From NCBI GenBank assembly GCA_964291415.2, contig OZ219919.1, positions 1 through 64,000 on the forward strand: a DNA stretch of 64,000 nt. Reading direction: 5' to 3'. The position numbers and the translations under genes were made by a program. This DNA comes from Alphaproteobacteria bacterium (GTDB taxonomy: Bacteria > Pseudomonadota > Alphaproteobacteria > SP197). Of this stretch, positions 29,545 through 38,345 are shown piece after piece. Under the pieces are notes generated by a model. It was not told the DNA's origin, did not search any database, and saw only the letters and a list, made by a program, of their open reading frames with translations. How positions within the stretch are numbered: the first letter of the stretch is position 1; each line of letters begins with the position of its first letter.

Positions 29545-30714
29545 TCAGGCAAGGCTGTCGTAGTAGGCCTGCAGCACATCGATCACCTCGCGCCGGCTGA
29601 ACTCTTCGGGAATGGGTTCGTGATTGGCGAACATCGCGCGCAACCGGGTTCCGGATATTGCCAGCCGGTCCTCTTCCCCGTGGGGGCAGGTCCTGCCGGT
29701 CGCCATGCCGCACTTGTAGCAGAAGAACGTGATGTCGATCTTGAGCGGCCGGATTTCCATGCTGCCGGCCGGCAGGACATCGAAGATGTTGTGGGCATCG
29801 AACGGGCCGTAGAAGTCTCCCACACCGGCATGGTCGCGGCCGACCACGAGATGGGTGCATCCGAAGTTCTGGCGAAAGACTGCGTGCAGCAACGCCTCGC
29901 GCGGGCCGCCATAGCGCATCTCGATGGGATAGCCGGCCTGGATGACTGTTCCCGGCACAAAATAGTTCTCGACCAGCGCATTGATCGCATTGACCCGCAC
30001 GTCTGCGGGAATGTCACCGGGCTTGAGAGCGCCGAGCACCTGATGAATGAGAAGCCCGTCACAGATCTCGACGGCAATCTTGGCCAGGTGTTCATGGCTG
30101 CGATGCATCGGATTGCGGGTCTGGAAGGCCGCGACCCTGGACCATCCGCTGGCCTTGAACATGGCCCTCGTTTGCGCAGGCCGCAAGTAGAGCCCGGCGT
30201 AGGTGCTGGGGAAATGACCCTCGGAGAGCGCCGTGACCGGGCCGCCCAGGTTGATCGCGGGTTGTTCCAGGACCTTCCTGACGCCGGGGTGGGCGTCGTT
30301 CGTCGTGCGAAAGACCTCACGGCACTCAAGATCCCGATCGATGGTGTACTTTTCGCGGACCGTCTGGATCGCCAGGATCTCCCCGGTCCCGCCATCCACC
30401 AGTGCGACCTCGTCGCCGATGCGGATGCCTCCAGCGTGATCCTCGTCGCAGGAAACGGTGATGGGAACCGGCCAGAAAACGCCGTCGGATGTCGCCATGT
30501 CGACGCAACAGCCGTACCAGTCCTCTCTCCCCATGAAGCCCGCCAACGGGGTGTAGGCGCCCATGGCCAGCATGAAGAGGTCCGATATCTCCCGGCTGGT
30601 CAGCGGGATCTTGACCAGCCGACGGGCACGTTCGATCTCGTCCGCGATCTCCGCCCGGGGGAGCAGCAGGGGCTTCAGCGCGCCACCGCCATGCGGGGAG
30701 ACCAGGTTTGGCAT
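29545..30714 (-). CDS. sat: Sulfate adenylyltransferase (ATP sulfurylase)
   Basis: [39 protein letters not shown]. Confidence 0.97.
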   Translation of the reverse strand: MPNLVSPHGGGALKPLLLPRAEIADEIERARRLVKIPLTSREISDLFMLAMGAYTPLAGFMGREDWYGCCVDMATSDGVFWPVPITVSCDEDHAGGIRIGDEVALVDGGTGEILAIQTVREKYTIDRDLECREVFRTTNDAHPGVRKVLEQPAINLGGPVTALSEGHFPSTYAGLYLRPAQTRAMFKASGWSRVAAFQTRNPMHRSHEHLAKIAVEICDGLLIHQVLGALKPGDIPADVRVNAINALVENYFVPGTVIQAGYPIEMRYGGPREALLHAVFRQNFGCTHLVVGRDHAGVGDFYGPFDAHNIFDVLPAGSMEIRPLKIDITFFCYKCGMATGRTCPHGEEDRLAISGTRLRAMFANHEPIPEEFSRREVIDVLQAYYDSLA

Positions 30715-31160
30715 GGTGGGCCGCCTCTCGACCGGTGGCTACGCGATCAGATATCCGGTCCGGGCCCTTTGTGCAATGCCGCGACGGCTCCCGGAGAAGG
30801 AAGAGGCGGCGCCGGGCAGCAAAGACCTTCCGCGCCACTGTCATGTCTCAAGGTTCATGGCAATCCCACAACAGTCTTCGTTCTACTGCGCCGGAAGGCT
30901 GATCCGACGCACGCCGCATGTTGATAAGACGGAGGAAAGGGGCCACAGTGGCCCCATCGCTTTCTTCCGGTCCGGCCGGCAGGGTTCATCAACACGAGAA
31001 GAGCATGGAAGGGTGGCTTCATGCCGGCTGATCCGACTTCAGGCGACCGCGGCAGCAGCACGCGCGCGACGAGATCACGGACAGCGAGAAGGGTCCGTGA
31101 CGAGCGTCCAGGACCGATGCCGCCGCCGACCTTCGCTTTCGGTCAAACCAGGGACGAATG

Positions 31161-31940
31161 ATGTTTTCCAGCAATCCCTTTGCAGTGCTTCCCGTAACGC
31201 CTGCGGTCACGCAAACCTATGTCGTCATCATGATCCTGCTGGTCGTGGGAGGGACCCTGTTCGATGTGCTCCACAAGAGGAGCGCCCGGTACTTCTTCGA
31301 CAACTGGCGTCACGCGAGAAATCGGGGCGACCGGCCGGTCAGTGGCACCCACATGGTGTCCCTCGCAGTCCAGACCTCCGCAGTCGACGTGCTGGCTTCA
31401 GGTGAATTCTGCAATCTGCGGCGCAGGGTCGCGCACCTGCTGACCATGTACGGATTCGTGGCGTATCTTGCCGCCACCCTCGCCATGGTCTTCGGCTACC
31501 CGACTTCGGCCACACCGACTCCCGCCATCTGGCCGCTGCTCTGGTACATCGGCATCGTGATGGTCTGCGGCGGCGGGTACTGGTTCTGGTTCTTCATCCG
31601 GGTTGACGTGGCCGCCGAGGGGCATCCCCCGTGGCGAATCGTGCGCGCCGACCTCTTCATCCTTTCGCTCCTGGCCAGCACGACGATGGCGTTCGTCTGG
31701 GGACTCCTCCAGACGGCGGCAAGCCCGGCGGCCGATGTCTTCCTCGGCCTCTATGTCATCGCCACCACGGTGCTCTTCGGATCGGTGCCCTGGTCCAAGT
31801 TTTCCCACATGTTCTACAAGCCCGCCATCGCATTCCAGAAACGCGTGGCGGAAGCGGACGGATCGCGAAGCAATCTTCCGGCGCCGGCCGACAAGCCCGA
31901 AGTTCTCGGCCGCGTCACGGAGCTGCCACGCCATTACTGA
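31161..31940 (+). CDS. aprM: APS reductase membrane anchor AprM
   Basis: MFSSNPF, GTLFDVLHKRSARYF, GEFCN...AHLLTMYG, WFWFFIRVDV, WSKFSHMFYKP; directly upstream of aprB. Confidence 0.93.
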   Translation: MFSSNPFAVLPVTPAVTQTYVVIMILLVVGGTLFDVLHKRSARYFFDNWRHARNRGDRPVSGTHMVSLAVQTSAVDVLASGEFCNLRRRVAHLLTMYGFVAYLAATLAMVFGYPTSATPTPAIWPLLWYIGIVMVCGGGYWFWFFIRVDVAAEGHPPWRIVRADLFILSLLASTTMAFVWGLLQTAASPAADVFLGLYVIATTVLFGSVPWSKFSHMFYKPAIAFQKRVAEADGSRSNLPAPADKPEVLGRVTELPRHY

Positions 31941-31992
31941 TCTAACCGGCCCGTGCGGAACGGGTTTTCGATTTGGGAGTTGACCTGACACC

Positions 31993-32457
31993 ATGCCAAC
32001 CTTTGTCTACATGAGCCATTGCGACGGTTGCGGACATTGCGTCGATATCTGTCCGTCCGACATCATGCACATCGACACGACCTATCGCCGCGCCTTCAAC
32101 ATCGAGCCGAACATGTGCTGGGAGTGCTATTCATGCGTGAAGGCGTGTCCGCAGAACGCCATCGACGTGCGTGGATATGCGGACTTTGCACCGCTCGGTC
32201 ACAGCGTGCGGGTGCGCCGCGAAGAAGACAAGGGCACCGTTTCCTGGAAGGTCAAGTTCAGAAACGGCGAAGAGAAGAACTTCGTCTCGCCCATTCGCAC
32301 CACGAAATGGGGATCGATCAAGTCGTCCGCCGAGTACGACAGGCCGGAGGCCTCCCGTTTCAGGTCCCAGGAACTCGCCCACGAACCCGACCTCCTCAAC
32401 ATTGACGGCGGGCTGCCGGTTCTGGATCCCGAACGCCTCAAGCAGGGAGCGGCCTGA
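31993..32457 (+). CDS. aprB: Adenylylsulfate reductase beta subunit
   Basis: MPTFV, CDGCGHCVDICP, CWECYSCVKACP, RGYADFAP. Confidence 0.97.
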   Translation: MPTFVYMSHCDGCGHCVDICPSDIMHIDTTYRRAFNIEPNMCWECYSCVKACPQNAIDVRGYADFAPLGHSVRVRREEDKGTVSWKVKFRNGEEKNFVSPIRTTKWGSIKSSAEYDRPEASRFRSQELAHEPDLLNIDGGLPVLDPERLKQGAA

Positions 32458-34298
32458 TGGGCCTCTTCAAGCGCAGAAAGACAATCCAGGTCGCTTGCGA
32501 CATTCTCGTCGTCGGCGGCGGCATGGCCGGATGCGGTGCTGTCTACGAAGCCCGCTACTGGGGGCGTGATCTCAAGGTCGTTTGCGTCGAGAAGGCCAAC
32601 ATCGAGCGCAGCGGCGCTGTCGCACAGGGTCTTTACGCCATCAACTGCTACATGGGTATGCAGTGGGGCGAGAATCAGCCTGAGGACTTTGTCCGCTATG
32701 CGAGCAATGACCTGATGGGACTGGTTCGCGAGGATCTGGCCTACGATATCGGCCGGCACGTGGATTCAACCGTCCACATGTTCGAGGACTGGGGTCTTCC
32801 CATCATGCGGGACCCGGAGACCGGCCGCTATCAGCGCGAGGGCAAGTGGCAGATCATGATCCACGGCGAAAGCTACAAGCCCATCGTCGCCGAGGCCGCC
32901 CGAAAGGCCGCGACCGAGGTCTACAACCGGATCATGGTGACCCATCTTCTCGTCGACAAGCGGGATCCCAACCGGGCCGCGGGCGCCGTGGGTTTCAATG
33001 TCCGCACGGGCGACTTCTACGTCTTCAGGGCGAAGGCCGTGATCATTGCAGCGGGGGGCGCTTCGCACATCTTCAAGCCGCGAGCCGTCGGCGAAGGAAT
33101 GGGCAGGACATGGTATGCGCCCTGGAGCAGTGCATCGGCCTACGGCCTGCCCATTCAGATCGGTACCAAGATGACGCAGATGGAGAACCGGATCGTCCTG
33201 ACCCGGTTCAAGGACGGCTACGGCCCCGTCGGCGCCTATTTCCTGCACCTCAAGACCTACACGCAGAACGCCTACGGCGAAGAGTATGAATCCAGATGGT
33301 ACGACGACACCAGGAAACTGGTCGGTGACTATGTCGACCGTCACCCGGTCCCGACGTGCCTGCGCAATCATGCCCTGCTGAAGGAACTCGCCCATGGTGG
33401 AGGACCGATCCGCATGGTGACCACGGAAGCCTTTCAGGATCCGCACAAGGAGACGGTGGGCTGGGAGAACTTCCTGGGCATGACCATTGGCCAGGCCGTG
33501 GTCTGGGCATCGCAGAACATCGATCCCAAACACACCAACCCGGAGCTGACGACGTCGGAACCCTATGTCATGGGCTCTCACGCCACCTGTTCAGGCGCCT
33601 GGGCAAGCGGTCCGGAAGACTATGCGCCGGGCGAGTACCGGTGGGGCTACAACCGCATGACGACCACCAGTGGCCTGTTCGGCGCCGGCGACGCCAGCGG
33701 CGGCACCCCGCACAAGTTCTCGTCGGGGTCGTTCACGGAAGGCCGGATCGCCGCCAAGGCCGCGGTGAACTACATCATCGATGTCGGCGAGGAACCCCTG
33801 GTCGACGAGGCGGAAATCGGTCGCCTCAAGACGGAGATCTTCCAGCCGCTCGAAAACTACGATATCGGGCGCAACGAGATCGTGGCCGGAACGGTTTCGC
33901 CGAGCTACATCCTGCCTCTGCACGCCCTGCAGCGCCTCGAAAAGCTCATGGATGAGTATTGCGGCGGCATCACGGTCAACTACATGACCAACGAACCGCT
34001 GCTCAGTCGCGGCCTGGAACTGATGGAGATGCTGAAGGACGATGCCCGCCACATCGGCGCCGAGGATCTTCACCAGCTGCAGCGGACATGGGAGTTCCGG
34101 CACCGGCTCCTGGCGTCGGAAAGCGTCATGCAGCACACGCTCTTCCGCAAGGAGACACGCTGGCCCGGGTACTACTACCGGGGCGACCACATGATGCTCG
34201 ACGACGACAACTGGCACTGTTTCACGCTGTCCCGCTACGACGCCGAGACGGACACCTGGTCCATGGAAAAGGCGCCGGTCTACCACATCGTCGATTGA
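32457..34298 (+). CDS. aprA: Adenylylsulfate reductase alpha subunit
   Basis: GGGMAGCG, RSGAVAQGLYAIN, WQIMIHGESYK, SEPYVMGSH, HKFSSGS, RKETRWPGYYYR. Confidence 0.98.
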   Translation: MGLFKRRKTIQVACDILVVGGGMAGCGAVYEARYWGRDLKVVCVEKANIERSGAVAQGLYAINCYMGMQWGENQPEDFVRYASNDLMGLVREDLAYDIGRHVDSTVHMFEDWGLPIMRDPETGRYQREGKWQIMIHGESYKPIVAEAARKAATEVYNRIMVTHLLVDKRDPNRAAGAVGFNVRTGDFYVFRAKAVIIAAGGASHIFKPRAVGEGMGRTWYAPWSSASAYGLPIQIGTKMTQMENRIVLTRFKDGYGPVGAYFLHLKTYTQNAYGEEYESRWYDDTRKLVGDYVDRHPVPTCLRNHALLKELAHGGGPIRMVTTEAFQDPHKETVGWENFLGMTIGQAVVWASQNIDPKHTNPELTTSEPYVMGSHATCSGAWASGPEDYAPGEYRWGYNRMTTTSGLFGAGDASGGTPHKFSSGSFTEGRIAAKAAVNYIIDVGEEPLVDEAEIGRLKTEIFQPLENYDIGRNEIVAGTVSPSYILPLHALQRLEKLMDEYCGGITVNYMTNEPLLSRGLELMEMLKDDARHIGAEDLHQLQRTWEFRHRLLASESVMQHTLFRKETRWPGYYYRGDHMMLDDDNWHCFTLSRYDAETDTWSMEKAPVYHIVD

Positions 34299-34409
34299 TC
34301 CCCAATCTTCGGATCGGTGACGCAACCGGCGGCCTGGCTGCATCGGCCCGTCAGGCGCAGGAACCGTTACGCCGAGGCAATCTTGACTGCAACAAGGCGA
34401 CCGGAGTGG

Positions 34410-35948
34410 TCAGGCTCTCCGGGCAAAGGAGCGCAGGGCGTCGAGCCTGGTCTGATCGACAATCACGCGCGGCACCTTGTGCTGGCCGCCAAGCTTGCCC
34501 TGAGCCGCCATCCAGGCGGCAAATCCTCCGGGCGGCATGACCTCGACGCGTGGAGGGTCCATGCCCCAGCCGCCGGCACGGTGAGCTTCATAGTCCGCGT
34601 TGACGGATTGCAGGGTGCGGTCGAGCGAGACAGCGAATGAGTCCAGGAGCCGCTCGTCGATGTCGGATGAGGAAAACTCGATGACGTAAAGGTGGCCGCC
34701 CCGTTCGCCGGGACGCGAGGAAAAGATGCTGCCGACGGCGAAGTCGCTGATCGTGGCGCCGATGGCCCGCGCCGCGCCGGAAACCGCCTCTTCGAGTTCG
34801 GCGACGATCACGTGTTCGCCGAAGGCGGACAACATGTGGGCGGTGCGTCCGGTAAAGAGAATGCGTGGCGGATCGAGCGTGGTGAAGGTGACGGTGTCCC
34901 CGACGAGATAGCGCCACAGACCGGCTGCCGTGCTCACCACGAGAGCGTAGTTGACACCCTCCTCGACATCCCCGATCCAGCGGCACGCCTCCGTTCTGAC
35001 CCGCTGGCCGTCGACCGGGGCGAACTCGAAGAACATCGCGTTGTCGAGCTGCAGGCGCAGGCCGTCGTCCGCGCCCCCGTCCGCCATGGCGAAGAAACCC
35101 TCGCTGGCGGCGTAGACCTCTCGGGTTTCCGCATGGCTGCCCTCGAGGAGGGCAGCGAACCGCTCGCGGTAGGGCGCCCAGGAGACGCCGCCATGGACCA
35201 GCAGTTCGAGCCCGGGATAGACCGAGGCGATGCGCCCGTCTGCGGCGTCCGCGATCTCCAGGAGATGATCGAAATAGATCAGCAGCCAGCTCGGCACCCC
35301 GCAGACGGCATGGATGGTCTGATCAAGCGAAGCCCTGGCGAACCGGTTGATCTTGTCGTTCCAGTCGCTGATGGCTTCGAGGTGCCGGGGTGGAAAGCTC
35401 CGCAAGCGGGCCCAACGCGGCATCACGGAGGCCGTGATCCCGCTCAGATCGCCGCTCGTCACACCAGGAGCACGCTGCTCGAGTCCGGTCGATCCTCCGA
35501 GAATGAAGACGCGACCGGCCAGAATTCTGCTTCGCGGCCTGTTGATCGCATGCCAGACGAGGAGATCCCCGGCCGCGCGGCGGTTCGAGCGGTTCATCTC
35601 CCGGGTGAAGGGAATGAAGCGGGTGGTGCCCCGGGTCGTGCCCGACGTTTCGGCAAACCAGGGAACAAGGCCAGGCCAGGTGCAATTCACGAGACGCGGG
35701 AAATCACGGCTCCAGTAATCGTCCCAGAACTCGTCGTGGCTGCGCACAGGCACGCGGGCGCGGTAGTCATCGATGGTGCGGACCCCGGCGAGGTCATGGT
35801 CGCGCGCAAAGCGGGTTGCTGCCGCCTTCCTGATGAGGGAGAGAAGAACGCCGGTCTGGAGGCGCTGCGCATCGCCGGTCCCGAGACGGAGCAATCTCCG
35901 GCGTGCATGGGCACGCAGCATCCACGTCGCGTCAAGCATGTCCGCCAT
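34410..35948 (-). CDS. GH3 family acyl-acid amido synthetase (adenylate-forming)
   Basis: TSGTTRGTTRFIP (motif I), YAASEG (II), WRYLVGD (III), C-terminal KLGGQHKVPR. Confidence 0.92.
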   Translation of the reverse strand: MADMLDATWMLRAHARRRLLRLGTGDAQRLQTGVLLSLIRKAAATRFARDHDLAGVRTIDDYRARVPVRSHDEFWDDYWSRDFPRLVNCTWPGLVPWFAETSGTTRGTTRFIPFTREMNRSNRRAAGDLLVWHAINRPRSRILAGRVFILGGSTGLEQRAPGVTSGDLSGITASVMPRWARLRSFPPRHLEAISDWNDKINRFARASLDQTIHAVCGVPSWLLIYFDHLLEIADAADGRIASVYPGLELLVHGGVSWAPYRERFAALLEGSHAETREVYAASEGFFAMADGGADDGLRLQLDNAMFFEFAPVDGQRVRTEACRWIGDVEEGVNYALVVSTAAGLWRYLVGDTVTFTTLDPPRILFTGRTAHMLSAFGEHVIVAELEEAVSGAARAIGATISDFAVGSIFSSRPGERGGHLYVIEFSSSDIDERLLDSFAVSLDRTLQSVNADYEAHRAGGWGMDPPRVEVMPPGGFAAWMAAQGKLGGQHKVPRVIVDQTRLDALRSFARRA

Positions 35949-35957
35949 GGCGCATCG

Positions 35958-38207
35958 TCAGTGACCGATGACCGTCACATGGGGGAACGACGCCCGTACA
36001 CCTTCCGGAGTGAGTGGCACCCGCACATACCCTCCCGACTGCCAAAGAGGCCACTGGTCGAGCATGGTCGAACTGTTGAGCCAGCCGTCCTGCCCGCCCA
36101 GCAGCACGAAGTAGTTCTCATCCATGTTCGTCATGTCGGAAACATGGCGGGCATTGGCGCCGTAACGCACCGTGTGGCGCGTGGCGCTGGCATCGTGAGC
36201 CGTCTTCATGATGGTTTCGGAACTGCCGCCCACGCCGTGGTCACCGAAACGGTAGCGGTCGCCGATGACGGGAAGCATGGAGAGGGGATGGGCGAGGGAA
36301 AGGCGATGCATGTCTGACCAGTCGGTGAACCGATCGAGTCCTTCTCCGGCCGCCTCGAGACCGGCCGCCAGGGCAGCATCATGCACCTCCCGGGACGCCT
36401 GCTCCATGTCGCGGACCAGCACTCCCCGGCGCGCCATGACAGCGCCGTGCTCCTCTCCAAGGAGCCGGTCGTAGAACGCCTGGACAAAGCCGGCGCGAAA
36501 CTGCTCGAAGCTGACGGCGCCGACGGAACCGGCGCGATAGTGACCGTCCCAGTCCCGGATGCGGGCGATCGCTTCGGCCGCTTCGGGCCCGGCCGACGAG
36601 GCCAGCCCCGCAGCGTCGAGGCCTTCGATGAAGGCGTCGCGCAGCTTCGCCGACGACGGCATGTAGACGTCCTGCTGGATTGCCTTCACGGCGTCGACAT
36701 CAAGCCGGTCACCGCCGCCGGCGAGGCTGGCGAGACGCGATACCCTGTCGTCGGAAGAAAAGAAGTAACCGACCGGCGTGGCCGTCCGGGTCGGCTTGTT
36801 GTTGGCCGACACCAGGTATGCCTGCCGGGGATTGTAGCTCCAGGGAAAATCCCCGGACGACCGCATCGTGGCCCAGGCTCTCCTCACCTCTGCGGCATCG
36901 GCGACGAGATCAGTCGGGGTTCCGGGCCTCTGCGGCAGGGTGACAGCCATGACCTGGCCGATATTGCCGTCGCGGTCGGCGTAGATCATGTTCTGTCCGG
37001 GTACCGCAAATGTATCGAATGCGGCACGGAACCCGTTGAAATCCCGGGCCCGGCTGACCGCCAGCATGGCGCCGATTTCATCGCTCGTGTCATGACCGGT
37101 CCACCGGAGTGCGAGATCGGGAAGATCATGGTCGGCCAGGAAGGGTGCATCGCTGATCACCGGACCCAGCGGCGTCTGCCTGATGGTGATGGTCGAATCG
37201 AACCACCAGCGCACGGAAATCGTCTCGTCGCGTGACTCGATGACATCGGGATCGATGTTGCTGACATCAACGAGATCACTGGAGGCGGCCCGCATGTTGG
37301 TGCCGCCCCAGGCGATCGACGGATTGCGGCCGATGGCGAAGACCGGCAATCCCGGACCCATCAGACCGACCACGTGATAGGAAGGCGACTTCAGGCCAGC
37401 GACCAGCCACACGTTGGGAACGAGGATCCCGAGGTGCGGGTCGTTGGCGATGATGGCGCCCCCGGTGGTCGTGCGGTCCGGCCCGATCGCCATGCTGTTG
37501 GAACCCGTCCGGCCGATGCCCGCCAGGAGTCCGTTCACGTCGTCGCTCGCGAAACTCGGCAGAGACGCGCTCCCGCTCTCCACCAGGTGCGCCCACAGCT
37601 GCGGCCAGTCCGGACGCTGTCTCAAGGGCAGCAGCCCGCTCCATATCAGCCAGTTCACATCCGTGCCCACCAGCCGCCCGATGGTGAGGACATCGGTGAC
37701 GGTCCACGGTTCACGGTCCATGCCGAGAACCCTGAACTCCTGCGGCAGATCGTCGAGTGTTGCCTGATAGTGGTTGATTCCGTCGACAAATCGCTGTGTC
37801 CAGCGCCGCGCACCGTCATCCATCGCCGCCTCGATGTTCCGGGCAGCGTGCCCGAAGGAAAGAATGCGCAGGCCGTGGTCGATGTCGCTGGCAAGGGGAC
37901 CTGCCACCTCGGCGAGGCGGCCACGGGCCGCCATGCGCACCAGGCTCATCTGGGCAAGGCGCAGATGAGCATGGACCATGCCCAGCGCAAAGGCTGCATC
38001 ATCGTCGCTCGCCGCCTCGATGAACGGAATCTGGTGATCGTTCCAGTAGATCGTCACCGGGCCGTCGAGGCCCACTCCGTGGTCGGGAAAGACGGCCAGA
38101 CGGTGCGCCAGTCCGCGGGGTTCGGGAAGCGGCGCCAGCAGGGAACACGCGGCCAGCAGGCCACCGGCGAGGACAAGGCCGGCGGTACGCCCCAGCATGT
38201 CGGTCAT
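35958..38207 (-). CDS. Penicillin acylase family Ntn-hydrolase, predicted lipoprotein
   Basis: Lipobox LLAAC; GSNSMAI nucleophile; IANDPHL; GQNMIYADRDGNIG; SANN; GGQDG. Confidence 0.92.
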   Translation of the reverse strand: MTDMLGRTAGLVLAGGLLAACSLLAPLPEPRGLAHRLAVFPDHGVGLDGPVTIYWNDHQIPFIEAASDDDAAFALGMVHAHLRLAQMSLVRMAARGRLAEVAGPLASDIDHGLRILSFGHAARNIEAAMDDGARRWTQRFVDGINHYQATLDDLPQEFRVLGMDREPWTVTDVLTIGRLVGTDVNWLIWSGLLPLRQRPDWPQLWAHLVESGSASLPSFASDDVNGLLAGIGRTGSNSMAIGPDRTTTGGAIIANDPHLGILVPNVWLVAGLKSPSYHVVGLMGPGLPVFAIGRNPSIAWGGTNMRAASSDLVDVSNIDPDVIESRDETISVRWWFDSTITIRQTPLGPVISDAPFLADHDLPDLALRWTGHDTSDEIGAMLAVSRARDFNGFRAAFDTFAVPGQNMIYADRDGNIGQVMAVTLPQRPGTPTDLVADAAEVRRAWATMRSSGDFPWSYNPRQAYLVSANNKPTRTATPVGYFFSSDDRVSRLASLAGGGDRLDVDAVKAIQQDVYMPSSAKLRDAFIEGLDAAGLASSAGPEAAEAIARIRDWDGHYRAGSVGAVSFEQFRAGFVQAFYDRLLGEEHGAVMARRGVLVRDMEQASREVHDAALAAGLEAAGEGLDRFTDWSDMHRLSLAHPLSMLPVIGDRYRFGDHGVGGSSETIMKTAHDASATRHTVRYGANARHVSDMTNMDENYFVLLGGQDGWLNSSTMLDQWPLWQSGGYVRVPLTPEGVRASFPHVTVIGH

Positions 38208-38345
38208 GGGTCGGAATCCTTCATCGGCGGCGGGGCCTACCATGGGCGCCGACGATGTCCGGATTGTTGCGCGCGTGCAAAGATGTTCTGCCGGACAAGA
38301 ATCGCCGTGCGCATCCGTGAACCGGAAGGCGTCCGGTGTCCCCTC

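Noticed and set aside
29308-30924. 538-aa plus-strand ORF
   Set aside because: Antisense to sat; no motifs.
34692-36317. 541-aa plus-strand ORF
   Set aside because: Antisense to GH3 and acylase.
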